NCBI GenBank assembly: GCA_947476185.1
Contig: CANJPX010000008.1
Coordinates: forward strand, 5,693 to 69,692
Direction: 5' to 3'
DNA length: 64,000 nucleotides
Source: Bacteroidota bacterium
GTDB lineage: Bacteria > Bacteroidota > Bacteroidia > 2-12-FULL-35-15
Part shown: positions 1 to 9,479 of the stretch, in pieces
Numbering within the stretch: the first letter of the stretch is position 1
Layout of the letters: every line of letters starts with the position of its first letter
The notes under the pieces: generated by a model
The model's input: the letters and a program-made list of their open reading frames with translations, nothing else
What the model was told of the DNA's origin: nothing
The model's database searches: none
Position numbers and translations under genes: made by a program

Positions 1-1
1 T

Positions 2-94
2 CGTCATAATGGAACAGTTTGGGCCGAATCGAAATTAAATGAAGGAACAACGTTTTTCTTTAGTATACCGATCAGTAATAACAAAACTATATAA
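2..94 (+). CDS. 3' end of a sensor histidine kinase (partial, HATPase_c C-terminus)
   Basis: Frame 2 reads RHNGTVWAESKLNEGTTFFFSIPISNNKTI*, the typical G2-box tail of HATPase_c. It stops 10 nt before the receiver gene start. Confidence 0.5.
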   Translation, partial: RHNGTVWAESKLNEGTTFFFSIPISNNKTI

Positions 95-104
95 AATAAA
101 AAAT

Positions 105-551
105 ATGGACTATTCAGAAATTGAAATTTTATTTGCAGAGGACAGTATGGATGATGCCACGCTCACCATTCGTGCACTAAGAAAAGGGGGCCTAACAAAC
201 AAGCTCCACCACGTAATAGATGGGGCAGAAGCACTTGATTTCTTATATTGTAAAGGCGCCTATTCAGGTAGAAATATAAATGATCATCTAAAACTCATAA
301 TGTTAGATTTGAAAATGCCTAAAGTTTCTGGCATGGAAGTACTTGAAAAAGTAAAAGGAGACCCCTTTTTCAAATCAGTCCCCGTAGTCATACTTACATC
401 ATCAAAAGAAGATCCAGATATAAAAAAATGCTATGAACTTGGTGCCAATAGCTACATTGTAAAACCAGTTGGAAGCGACAACTTTTTTCAGGCAATAAAA
501 GCACTTAGTTTTTATTGGATGATTTCAAATCAACCGCCGCATCACGTTTAA
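105..551 (+). CDS. single-domain response regulator (CheY-like receiver)
   Basis: ORF 39..551, with start moved to the in-frame ATG at 105 just after the upstream gene's stop. Receiver motifs present: acidic pocket EDS/DD, phospho-Asp context IMLDLKMP, T/S at ILTSS, K at IVKP. Confidence 0.8.
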   Translation: MDYSEIEILFAEDSMDDATLTIRALRKGGLTNKLHHVIDGAEALDFLYCKGAYSGRNINDHLKLIMLDLKMPKVSGMEVLEKVKGDPFFKSVPVVILTSSKEDPDIKKCYELGANSYIVKPVGSDNFFQAIKALSFYWMISNQPPHHV

Positions 552-597
552 TTATTTCAACTAAATATTTTTGATAGAAGTTTATTAAAAAAAGATA

Positions 598-1773
598 ATG
601 ATTGCTGAATTGAATATTTTATTATTAGAGGATTCGGAAATTGATGCGGATATTCTTATTATGTTTCTGAAAAGACAGAAAATCACGTTCTCGCATACGC
701 GAGTTTGGACGAAAGAACAATTTATAAATGCATTAGAGCTTTCAAGTTATGATATCATAATTGCAGACCATTCGCTTCCTCAATTTACAGGAATGGATGC
801 GTTCCGGATAATGAACTCAAAAGATAAAACACGAGGCATGCCCTTTATTTTACTCACAGGTACAGTGCCTGAGCATATATTAATACAATATGCAAAAGAA
901 GGGTTGGGTGAATATATTTTGAAAGACAATTTGCTTCGTTTACCATCAGCAATCGACCATTTATTAAGTAAGAAAAAAATAGAACTTTTACATAAAAAAT
1001 TAGAAACAGCCCATCGCGAAATTCAAGATAGCATTGCCTGCGCAAAAAGAATTCAAAATTCAATTCTTCCGGATAAAGGATTATTAAAAGAAATTGCCTC
1101 TGAATCTTTTATTTTATTTAAACCTAAAGATAAGGTAAGCGGCGATTTTTATTTTTTTAGAAAAGATGACAAAGGTTGTTTGATCACAGTCGCAGACTGC
1201 ACAGGACACGGCGTTCCAGGTGCTATGATGAGCATGGTTGGGATAGAAAAACTAAACAATTTATTTTACAAAACAAGGAACCCAAGTGAAATATTAAAAA
1301 AGCTTAATAAAAGTTTAAGAACAGCTTTGTCTGCCGGTGATTCTGAAAGTTCTGAAGGAATGGATATAGCTGTTTGTCAAATTGAAAACGACAGTAAAAT
1401 AGTAAAATTTTCAGGGGCCAATAGACCAATGTGGATTATTCGTAAAGGCCAAACGGAAGTCGAAGAAATTGACGGAACGAAAAGTGCCATAGGATATAAT
1501 TTTTCAAATATCGAAAATCCTGATTATGAATGCCACGAAATAAAATTATATGAAGGGGATACATTTTACCTTTTTTCTGATGGATATTCAGATCAGTTTG
1601 GTGGAGAAAAAAACAAAAAATTAACTACAAAAAAATTTAAACAACAACTGCTTAGTATTCAAGATAAAACAATGGTTGAACAAGGGGAATACTTAAATGA
1701 ATTTATTAATAATTGGATGGGGGCAGAAGAGCAAATTGATGATATTTTAGTAATCGGGATTAGGCAAGAATAA
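598..1773 (+). CDS. response regulator receiver fused to PP2C/SpoIIE-type Ser/Thr phosphatase
   Basis: N-terminal REC (LLLEDSEIDADIL ... IIADHSLP). C-terminal SpoIIE/PP2C motifs: SGDFYFF, DCTGHGVPGAMMSM, GDTFYLFSDGYSDQ. Confidence 0.85.
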   Translation: MIAELNILLLEDSEIDADILIMFLKRQKITFSHTRVWTKEQFINALELSSYDIIIADHSLPQFTGMDAFRIMNSKDKTRGMPFILLTGTVPEHILIQYAKEGLGEYILKDNLLRLPSAIDHLLSKKKIELLHKKLETAHREIQDSIACAKRIQNSILPDKGLLKEIASESFILFKPKDKVSGDFYFFRKDDKGCLITVADCTGHGVPGAMMSMVGIEKLNNLFYKTRNPSEILKKLNKSLRTALSAGDSESSEGMDIAVCQIENDSKIVKFSGANRPMWIIRKGQTEVEEIDGTKSAIGYNFSNIENPDYECHEIKLYEGDTFYLFSDGYSDQFGGEKNKKLTTKKFKQQLLSIQDKTMVEQGEYLNEFINNWMGAEEQIDDILVIGIRQE

Positions 1774-1812
1774 ATTTACCAGTTTCATGTTAATCAATAA
1801 AAATATTTAATA

Positions 1813-2448
1813 ATGGAAAGCGCATTAAAAATTCTCATTTTAGAAGACAATCCGATTGATGCTGATTTGATAAATCGTGAATTAATAAAATCTGGATTGG
1901 TTTATACTGCAGAGCTCGTGCAAACTCGCGAAGAATTTGAACTTTCTATAGAATTATTTAAGCCGGACCTTATTTTATCAGACTTTTGTCTTCCAGCATT
2001 CGATGGGCTATCGGCATTCAAAATAAAACAAAAAAAGATTCCGGAAATTCCTTTTATGATTATTTCAGGAACTATCGGTGATGAAAACGCTGTCGAACTG
2101 ATTAAAAATGGCGTAACCGATTATGTATTAAAGGATAAATTATTTTCGTTAATGCCTAAAATACATAGAGCTCTAAATGAATTAAGTGAAAAAAGAAGAA
2201 AAGAAGAAATTGAAAATAAAATGAAGCTTCAAAATGAAAAATTATTTGAAATCGCATTTCTTCAATCGCATCAAGTTCGCAGACCTGTGGCAAGTATTCA
2301 AGGATTAATTGGCCTATTCAATTTTACTGCCCCAAATGACCCTATTAATACAGAAGTACTATCAAGGCTCCAAATTGCAGCATTTGAATTTGACGAAATT
2401 ATCAGATCAATAGTGCTCAAAACACACGAGATAAAAAATATAAAATAA
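1813..2448 (+). CDS. response regulator receiver fused to a HisKA-like DHp domain; no HATPase_c
   Basis: REC (ILILEDNPIDADL ... ILSDFCLP ... KDK) then coiled-coil and an H-box-like SHQVRRPVASIQGL. The protein ends at 211 aa with no ATP-binding domain. Confidence 0.7.
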   Translation: MESALKILILEDNPIDADLINRELIKSGLVYTAELVQTREEFELSIELFKPDLILSDFCLPAFDGLSAFKIKQKKIPEIPFMIISGTIGDENAVELIKNGVTDYVLKDKLFSLMPKIHRALNELSEKRRKEEIENKMKLQNEKLFEIAFLQSHQVRRPVASIQGLIGLFNFTAPNDPINTEVLSRLQIAAFEFDEIIRSIVLKTHEIKNIK

Positions 2449-2914
2449 AAATTTTAAAACCAATATTATATTTCTGAAATATTCAATTCCAGCATAAATT
2501 AAGAGCTAGTATTTTTTAAACTATAAGGCATCACAGAAACAGCAAATTAATAGCGTTAAGTGGCAAAATTTTTAATGAATTTCAACCAAACAAAGTAAAA
2601 TTTCAAATGAGTATATTGCCTCACCAGGGGCAATTCTTAATTTAACCCATATTCAAAGACCGATCTTTCTTATAATTACCGGAGCAATCGCTTTTTCAAG
2701 TATAGTATAAAAAACTGCCCATTTTAAGCTATTTATTGATTAATCATATTTCAAATACTTAAAAAAAATCATTAAATTTGTGAAAGTGCTTAAAGGATAA
2801 TTCCTTTAACATGGTTCATTGAATTTGCTTAAAACAAATTTAAATTCAATATAAACATTCCCTTATTGAAAATATTTTGAGCAAATTTTATAAAAATATC
2901 AAATCAAAGAAATT

Positions 2915-3343
2915 ATGGAACCACTAATTAAAAAAAGTTTAAGCTACAAAGCCTGCCAATTAATGGCTGCTGCCGCAATTAGAAAAGCTGAAGAATTAAA
3001 AATGACTATTTCTATAACATTTGTGGACGAAAGTGGTGTGCTTAAAGCATTTTACAGAATGGACCATTCTCCTTTAGTAACAATTGATGCATCCAGAAAA
3101 AAGGCAATTACTGCTGTCGGGTATGGTATTCCAAGTGGCGACAGTTGGTATTCCTTCATTAAGGACGACCCTATTTTATTTCATGGTGTTCAACAATTCA
3201 AGGATTTTATTCTTCTGGGTGGTGGGTCCCCGATAATTCATGATGGAAGTGTGATAGGAGCAATCGGAATAAGTGGAGGGCATTACAAACAAGATGAAGA
3301 ATGCGTTAAAGAAGCACTTAACGAATATAATTCAAATAGCTAA
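2915..3343 (+). CDS. GlcG/HbpS-like (DUF336) putative heme-binding protein, cytoplasmic
   Basis: DUF336 signature stretches: AITAVGYGIPSGDSWY ... GGGSPIIHDGSVIGAIGISGG. No signal peptide. Stops 3 nt before the hybrid kinase start. Confidence 0.75.
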   Translation: MEPLIKKSLSYKACQLMAAAAIRKAEELKMTISITFVDESGVLKAFYRMDHSPLVTIDASRKKAITAVGYGIPSGDSWYSFIKDDPILFHGVQQFKDFILLGGGSPIIHDGSVIGAIGISGGHYKQDEECVKEALNEYNSNS

Positions 3344-3346
3344 TTA

Positions 3347-6300
3347 ATGAAAACTTCACATCTTCAGGTAATAAAAAATCTGGATAAGTTTGCTTCCTCT
3401 TTTCCAAAGATCAATACTCTTGAAGGATTGGTCTTGGCCGTTGAAAAAGTGCTTGAAGAAAACATAGTGTGTGACCATACAGGCCTTTTTCTTTTCGACC
3501 CTGTGGATAATAGGTTAAAGCTACTTTATGCAAAAGGTTTTACAGAAGAAGAATTTAACGATGCGGATCAAACTGCGATGAAACGCCACCCTGGTTTAGT
3601 ATATAAGACAGGGAAAATGATACATATTCCTGATGTACTTTTAGATCCAGATAATCTCACTTTATCAAGTAAGCGTTCGTTTGAAATACGCTGCCGATTA
3701 TATATACCGGTAAAGAATGGAGCAGAAATTGTGGGTGCTTTTGGAATCACAGATGCATCCCCTAATGCTTATACTGAAGATGATATCACTTTACTTTCCT
3801 TCATATGTAATATGGCCGGTTCCATATATGCGAATATATTAAATCAAAACTTATTACAATCGGCAAATGAAGAAATATTAAATCTTTCCAGAATTTCAGA
3901 GGAAAGTCCTGAGCCGATTATGCGAATCAGTAATTATAAAATTTTACTATACGCAAACAATGCCAGTGGTAAAATACTTAAATCAGCAGGTTTTAAAGTT
4001 GGGGACAATGTATGTACCGATTTTCTAGTCGCAGTAGAAGATGTTTTAAAATCAGGAATTTCAATTCAGAGAGAAATCGCTTATGAAGAGTATGTCTATT
4101 CTTTTCTTTTTACACCTATTGATAGTGCTAAATACATTAATGTGTATGGCCGAAATATTACTGAAAGAAAGAGTTCGGAAAATGCCTTGCGTAAAAGCGA
4201 AGAACATAATGTCGCAATTTTAAATGCCATTCCGGATCTTATATTCATAATTGATAAAGACGGTGTCTTTATTGATTATCATGTTTCAGACCCTTCAATT
4301 CTGTATGTTTCACCAGAAGAGTTTATGGGAAAAAAAATAGAAAATATTTTACCTCCTGAAATAGCAAGTGGATTCATATCAAGTATTGAGCAAGCGATTT
4401 CTTCTAGGCAATCACAGCTATTCGAATACTCCTTAGAAATTGGAAACGAATTACATTATTTTGAATCAAGGACAATTCACTATGAGCAGGAGAAAGTTTT
4501 AACAATCATTAGAGATATTACTAAAAAAAAGCAAATAGAAGGAGAGCTGGAAGAAAATAAAGAAAAATACAAAGGATTATCTGAAGCATCATTCGAATCA
4601 ATTTTTATTTCTGAAAAAGGAATTTGTATCGAACAAAATAGTGCAGCTGAAGAAATGTTTGGTTATACTACAGAAGAAGCATTAGGTAGATATGGAACAG
4701 ATTGGATCACTCCTGAATACAGAGGTGTGGTTATGAAGGCGATGATAGACGGTATTGAAGCACCATACGAAGCAGTTGCTTTAAGAAAAGATGGCACAAC
4801 ATTCCCTTGTCTCCTACGCGGGAAAATGATGCATTATAAAGGGAGAACTGTAAGGGTTACTTCGCTAACAAATAATACAGCAAGAAAACAAGCTGAGGAA
4901 GATTTAAAACAAATATCTACTCGTTTATCATTGGCTACAAAAGCGGGTAAAGTTGGAGTGTGGGACTCTGACCTAATTAATAATAATCTTTTCTGGGACG
5001 AGCAAATGTTTATCTTATATGGAATTGAAAAAAATAGTTTTGAAGGTATTTATGAGTCGTGGTCAAAGCGTCTTCATCCCGATGATTTAGAAAGAGGGAA
5101 CACTGAAATTCAAATGGCTTTGCGGGGCGAAAAAGATTTTGATACGGAGTTTCAGATTGTTTTGCCTGACAGTTCTATTAAAAATATTAGAGCACAAGCA
5201 ATTGTTCAACGAGATGATGCAGGAAAAGCATTTCGCATGATTGGCACCAACTGGGATATTACTTTGCAGAAGCAAACAGAAAAAACGATGCTTCATTATT
5301 CTAAAATGCAAAATATAATGATGGATATGGCATCCCGATTTATCAATATTCCTAAAGACCAGATCAATGAGACTATCCAGATCTCCCTTCGAGTGATCGC
5401 TCAATTTGTTGATGCAAATGTTAGTGCTGTTTTTCTTTATGACCAAAATAAAACTAAATTTTTAAATGAATATGAATGGACCAGTAACCATATTATTCCT
5501 CAAATCAGTAACCTCCAAAATGTAAAAGATAAATCCATTGAGAATTTATTAACCTCTCATATGAAAGGCTATATTACCTATGAAGGAGACATTGTATCCT
5601 TTTCTGATGGTTCATTTAAAAGCGCTCTAGAACAGCAAGGAATAAAAACTATTCTTACAATTCCGATGATGTCGGACGATAATTGTATTGGCTTTGTTAG
5701 TTTTGGTTCTGTCAAAAGCAATTTCATTTTTTCAACGGAATCAATTGCTTTACTTCATTTATTTACCCTCATGCTGGTAAATGTAAAAAACAAAGATACT
5801 GCCGAAAACAATCTAATTCAATCAAACAATTCTCTGGAAGCGGCTACAAAAAAGGCAAAAGAAATGGCAATACAAGCCGAAATAGCGAATACGGCAAAAA
5901 GTTCCTTTCTTGCAAATGTGTCACATGAAATACGAACTCCCATGAATGCAATAATTGGGATGTCCGATATATTGAATGAAGAAAACCTCACCATTGACCA
6001 AAAGGAATGTGTTGATGCCATTACGTTATCAGCAAATAATTTACTATCTATTATAAATGACATTCTTGATTTTTCGAAAATTGAATCCGGTAAAATTATT
6101 TTTGAAAATGAACCTTTCAAACTAAAAGAATTAATTGAAGATGTTATTCACACTTTTTATTATGCAGCCAGCAATAAGAATCTTGAATTAACCTATTCAA
6201 TCGCAGATAAAACTCCGGAAATACTTTTTGGTGACACAATTCGATTAAGACAAATACTCTTAAATTTGGTTGGAAATTCAATAAAATTTACAGAAAAAGG

Positions 6301-7441
6301 CAGTATCAAAATTGATATTCAAATAGAAAGCCAGATAGACAATTCGTATATTGTCCTTTTCAGAGTTACTGATACAGGAGTGGGAATATCTGAGGAAAAA
6401 TCAAGAACAATTTTTGATAGATTTAGTCAGGCAAGCAACGAAACCACCCGTAAATATGGTGGAACAGGACTTGGATTAACAATAGCAAAACAATTAGTAG
6501 AATTACAAGGAGGAAGAATTTTTGTTGATAGTGTAGTAGATAAAGGAAGTTCTTTTTCTTTCATTCTTGCATTTAACAATGGAGAATCTAGAAATACGAA
6601 AGCGAAAGCAAAATCAGATTCAGGAACTATTTCATCTTCCGAATTGAAGGGCTTAAGAATTCTTTTGGCTGAAGACAATGCCATGAATCAGCTATTAGCA
6701 AAAAAGATCCTCAACAAATGGAGTATAGAACTTGACATTGCCGACAATGGTGAAATTGCGATTCAGAAAATTTTGCAAGCGGATTATGACATTATTCTTA
6801 TGGACATTCAAATGCCTATAATGGATGGCTATGAAACGACAAGGCATATCCGTACTAAAATTCCATCCCCTAAATCGCAAACTCCTATTATTGCCATGAC
6901 AGCTCATGCGGTTGTTGGTGAAGCAGAAAAATGTATAGCAATAGGAATGAATGATTATATTTCAAAACCTTTTAAGCAAATAGCGTTATTTGAAAAAATT
7001 AAGCAGCATGCTTTAAAAATAGCCGATTCAAATTCACAACAAATTAATTCCTCTTCATCTATTTCTGGGACCTATACTGCAAGCAACCAATACAAATGCA
7101 TTGACTTAACATATTTAAATGATCTATCCGACGGCAAAATAGAGTTCATAATTCCTTTGATCAACGCTTTTCTAACAGAGGCACCAAAAATGCTTGAAAA
7201 AATGAACTTATATGTACAGGAGAAAAAATGGCTAGAACTCCAAAATGTTGCCCATAAAATGAAACCATCTATAGCCATTATTGGAATAAAAAGTATTAAA
7301 GTTACCTTAGAATTAGTAGAAGAGTATTCAAAAGAGAAAATAAATTTTGAATTGCTTCCAGCTATGATCGAAAATATTACACTAATTTGCTCCGCTGCAA
7401 TACTAGAGCTACAAGAAGAAATTAAAAAAATTGAAAAATAA
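3347..7441 (+). CDS. soluble hybrid sensor histidine kinase (GAF - PAS/PAC x3 - GAF - HisKA - HATPase_c - REC - Hpt)
   Basis: H-box VSHEIRTPMNAIIGMSDIL. N/G boxes LLNLVGNSIKFT and DTGVGI ... GGTGLGLTIAKQLVELQGG. REC LRILLAEDNAMNQ ... IILMDIQMP. C-terminal Hpt with HKMKPSIAIIGIKS. No TM segments seen. Confidence 0.9.
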   Translation: MKTSHLQVIKNLDKFASSFPKINTLEGLVLAVEKVLEENIVCDHTGLFLFDPVDNRLKLLYAKGFTEEEFNDADQTAMKRHPGLVYKTGKMIHIPDVLLDPDNLTLSSKRSFEIRCRLYIPVKNGAEIVGAFGITDASPNAYTEDDITLLSFICNMAGSIYANILNQNLLQSANEEILNLSRISEESPEPIMRISNYKILLYANNASGKILKSAGFKVGDNVCTDFLVAVEDVLKSGISIQREIAYEEYVYSFLFTPIDSAKYINVYGRNITERKSSENALRKSEEHNVAILNAIPDLIFIIDKDGVFIDYHVSDPSILYVSPEEFMGKKIENILPPEIASGFISSIEQAISSRQSQLFEYSLEIGNELHYFESRTIHYEQEKVLTIIRDITKKKQIEGELEENKEKYKGLSEASFESIFISEKGICIEQNSAAEEMFGYTTEEALGRYGTDWITPEYRGVVMKAMIDGIEAPYEAVALRKDGTTFPCLLRGKMMHYKGRTVRVTSLTNNTARKQAEEDLKQISTRLSLATKAGKVGVWDSDLINNNLFWDEQMFILYGIEKNSFEGIYESWSKRLHPDDLERGNTEIQMALRGEKDFDTEFQIVLPDSSIKNIRAQAIVQRDDAGKAFRMIGTNWDITLQKQTEKTMLHYSKMQNIMMDMASRFINIPKDQINETIQISLRVIAQFVDANVSAVFLYDQNKTKFLNEYEWTSNHIIPQISNLQNVKDKSIENLLTSHMKGYITYEGDIVSFSDGSFKSALEQQGIKTILTIPMMSDDNCIGFVSFGSVKSNFIFSTESIALLHLFTLMLVNVKNKDTAENNLIQSNNSLEAATKKAKEMAIQAEIANTAKSSFLANVSHEIRTPMNAIIGMSDILNEENLTIDQKECVDAITLSANNLLSIINDILDFSKIESGKIIFENEPFKLKELIEDVIHTFYYAASNKNLELTYSIADKTPEILFGDTIRLRQILLNLVGNSIKFTEKGSIKIDIQIESQIDNSYIVLFRVTDTGVGISEEKSRTIFDRFSQASNETTRKYGGTGLGLTIAKQLVELQGGRIFVDSVVDKGSSFSFILAFNNGESRNTKAKAKSDSGTISSSELKGLRILLAEDNAMNQLLAKKILNKWSIELDIADNGEIAIQKILQADYDIILMDIQMPIMDGYETTRHIRTKIPSPKSQTPIIAMTAHAVVGEAEKCIAIGMNDYISKPFKQIALFEKIKQHALKIADSNSQQINSSSSISGTYTASNQYKCIDLTYLNDLSDGKIEFIIPLINAFLTEAPKMLEKMNLYVQEKKWLELQNVAHKMKPSIAIIGIKSIKVTLELVEEYSKEKINFELLPAMIENITLICSAAILELQEEIKKIEK

Positions 7442-7639
7442 TATTTTTTAAAAACTTATTTATTGAATTACCTCCTAAATTCAATAAATTAAAAACAGTA
7501 GTAACGTTTTTCCTTGAATATTTATTTTTATTGAACTACGAGATAACGACTTGTATGAATGTTATCTATCAATTTATTTTTGAGAATTTAAAATAAATGG
7601 AGTATTCCCTATCTAGTCTAACTGAGTTTGACAACTCAT

Positions 7640-8989
7640 TTATTCTTGGTTCTTTTGTAGCATGTTATATATAGTAGATTTACCCATTTTTAGTTTTTGA
7701 GCAACAAGTACTACATTATTATTATATTTTTTAAGGTAAGACTTAATTATTTCTTTCTGAAATTCTTCAAGAGTCATTTCGTGCTTAAGAATTTTCTCAT
7801 CTGTATCAACTGGACCAAAAGATATTACATCTTCCGTTATTACATTTTTGTCAGCCATAACAGCAGACAACTCAACAACAGCCTTCAGTTCGCGAACATT
7901 TCCCGGCCACGAATATTTCATTAATTTTTCTTTAGCTGCCTTAGTCATTTCCATTGGCAACATTTTATTTTCAAAAGTAAAATTAGTAAGAAAATAATTT
8001 GCTAATAATAAAATATCTTGCCCACGAGAATGCAAGCTTGGAAGGGCGATAGGAAAGCCATACAAACGATAATACAAATCTTCCCTAAAGTTTCCCAATT
8101 TAACTTCATTAACCAAATTTTTATGCGTTGCTACAATCAGTCTAAAATTTAATTTTATTACCTGATTTCCACCAACCCTCGTAATCTCCCTCTCTTGAAT
8201 AGCGCGCAATAATTTAGCCTGCAAATTAATCTTCATTTCACTGATTTCATCAAGGAAAAGAGTCCCTTCGTTAGCTTCTTCTAATTTCCCAATTTTTCGG
8301 TTTTGAGCACCTGTAAAAGAACCTTTTTCATAACCAAACAATTCGCTTTCAATTAATTCTGAAGGAATTGCAGCTACATTAATTGCAATAAAAAGTCTAT
8401 TTGAATAAGCTGAATTAAAATGAATCGCTTTTGCAACTAATTCCTTTCCGGTACCAGTTTCACCGGTAATACTAACACTTATATTTGTTTTCGATGCTTT
8501 TTCGATGAGACGATGAATATGAGTCATTTCTTCACTGTTTCCTTTCAAAATAGTATCTATTTTGTATTTGGATTTAATTTCATTTTTCAAGCCCTCAATT
8601 TCGCTTTTTAGCTTTCGAGTTTCGTTTATTTTATTTACACAATTCCAGAGCTTTTCGTTTGTGTCTTCATCTTTGACGAAATAATCATACGCCCCTTCCT
8701 TCAATAATGTTAACGCTATTTTTACATCTTCTTGCCCAGAAATTATTATAACATTTATTGAGGAATCAATTTCAATAATTTTTTTAAGAAGTTCTTGGCC
8801 AGTATGATCCGGTAGATTATAGTCAACAGTTACAATATGAGGTTTAATTTTAGTGATTGCAAGAAGACACGATTTTGCATCAGTAAACTTATGCACTTCA
8901 TTATCAGCATTTAGTGACAAATAATGCCCAAGTAATCCACAATAAAACAAATCATCTTCAACAATAAAAATTTTACATATTTCACTCAT
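7640..8989 (-). CDS. sigma-54-dependent NtrC-family response regulator (REC - AAA+ - HTH)
   Basis: REC (IFIVEDD ... IVTVDYNLPD). Sigma54-interaction Walker A GETGTGKELVAKAIH and GAFTGA-like ESELFGYEKGSFTGA. C-terminal Fis-type HTH. Confidence 0.9.
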   Translation of the reverse strand: MSEICKIFIVEDDLFYCGLLGHYLSLNADNEVHKFTDAKSCLLAITKIKPHIVTVDYNLPDHTGQELLKKIIEIDSSINVIIISGQEDVKIALTLLKEGAYDYFVKDEDTNEKLWNCVNKINETRKLKSEIEGLKNEIKSKYKIDTILKGNSEEMTHIHRLIEKASKTNISVSITGETGTGKELVAKAIHFNSAYSNRLFIAINVAAIPSELIESELFGYEKGSFTGAQNRKIGKLEEANEGTLFLDEISEMKINLQAKLLRAIQEREITRVGGNQVIKLNFRLIVATHKNLVNEVKLGNFREDLYYRLYGFPIALPSLHSRGQDILLLANYFLTNFTFENKMLPMEMTKAAKEKLMKYSWPGNVRELKAVVELSAVMADKNVITEDVISFGPVDTDEKILKHEMTLEEFQKEIIKSYLKKYNNNVVLVAQKLKMGKSTIYNMLQKNQE

Positions 8990-9479
8990 GAATTAAAAAT
9001 AGTCAATTTTTTAGCAATTATCCATTTTACCAAAAAAAAACCCATTTACAGAAATAAGAAAACTACAGCCTATTCACAAGCATCTGCTTTTCAAGATGTT
9101 AAGCTTTTTAGTCCAATAAGTACAAAGGGAAATAATTGCATTAAAAAGTTTTGAATAAACTTCAAGTATCCGCCTTTTATAAAACCTATAATAAAATTGG
9201 CTTACATTTTCTATTTAATAGCACCTGTATTTAAAAAAAACACGTTTCTCTACAAAATAAAAAGTATTGAAAATTTTCGAATTACTATGCATTCATTATC
9301 CTATTGCAAGTAAAAATTACAACCAGTAAATTTTCAAAAAGTCTAATTATCACAAAGTTAGAAAGTAATAATATTTCCAATTTAAAATCCGTTTCGTAAA
9401 ATAATAATGAGAGACTTTTGCTGAATATAAAATACACAAACAATTATTTACAGGATCTATTCATCCATAAATATTGTGT

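Noticed and set aside
2557-2575. TGGCAAAATTTTTAATG resembling a sigma54 -24 element upstream of glcG
   Set aside because: No TTGC -12 element at the correct spacing. I could not find any convincing GG-N10-GC promoter in the window, so the NtrC-like regulator's targets are presumably elsewhere.
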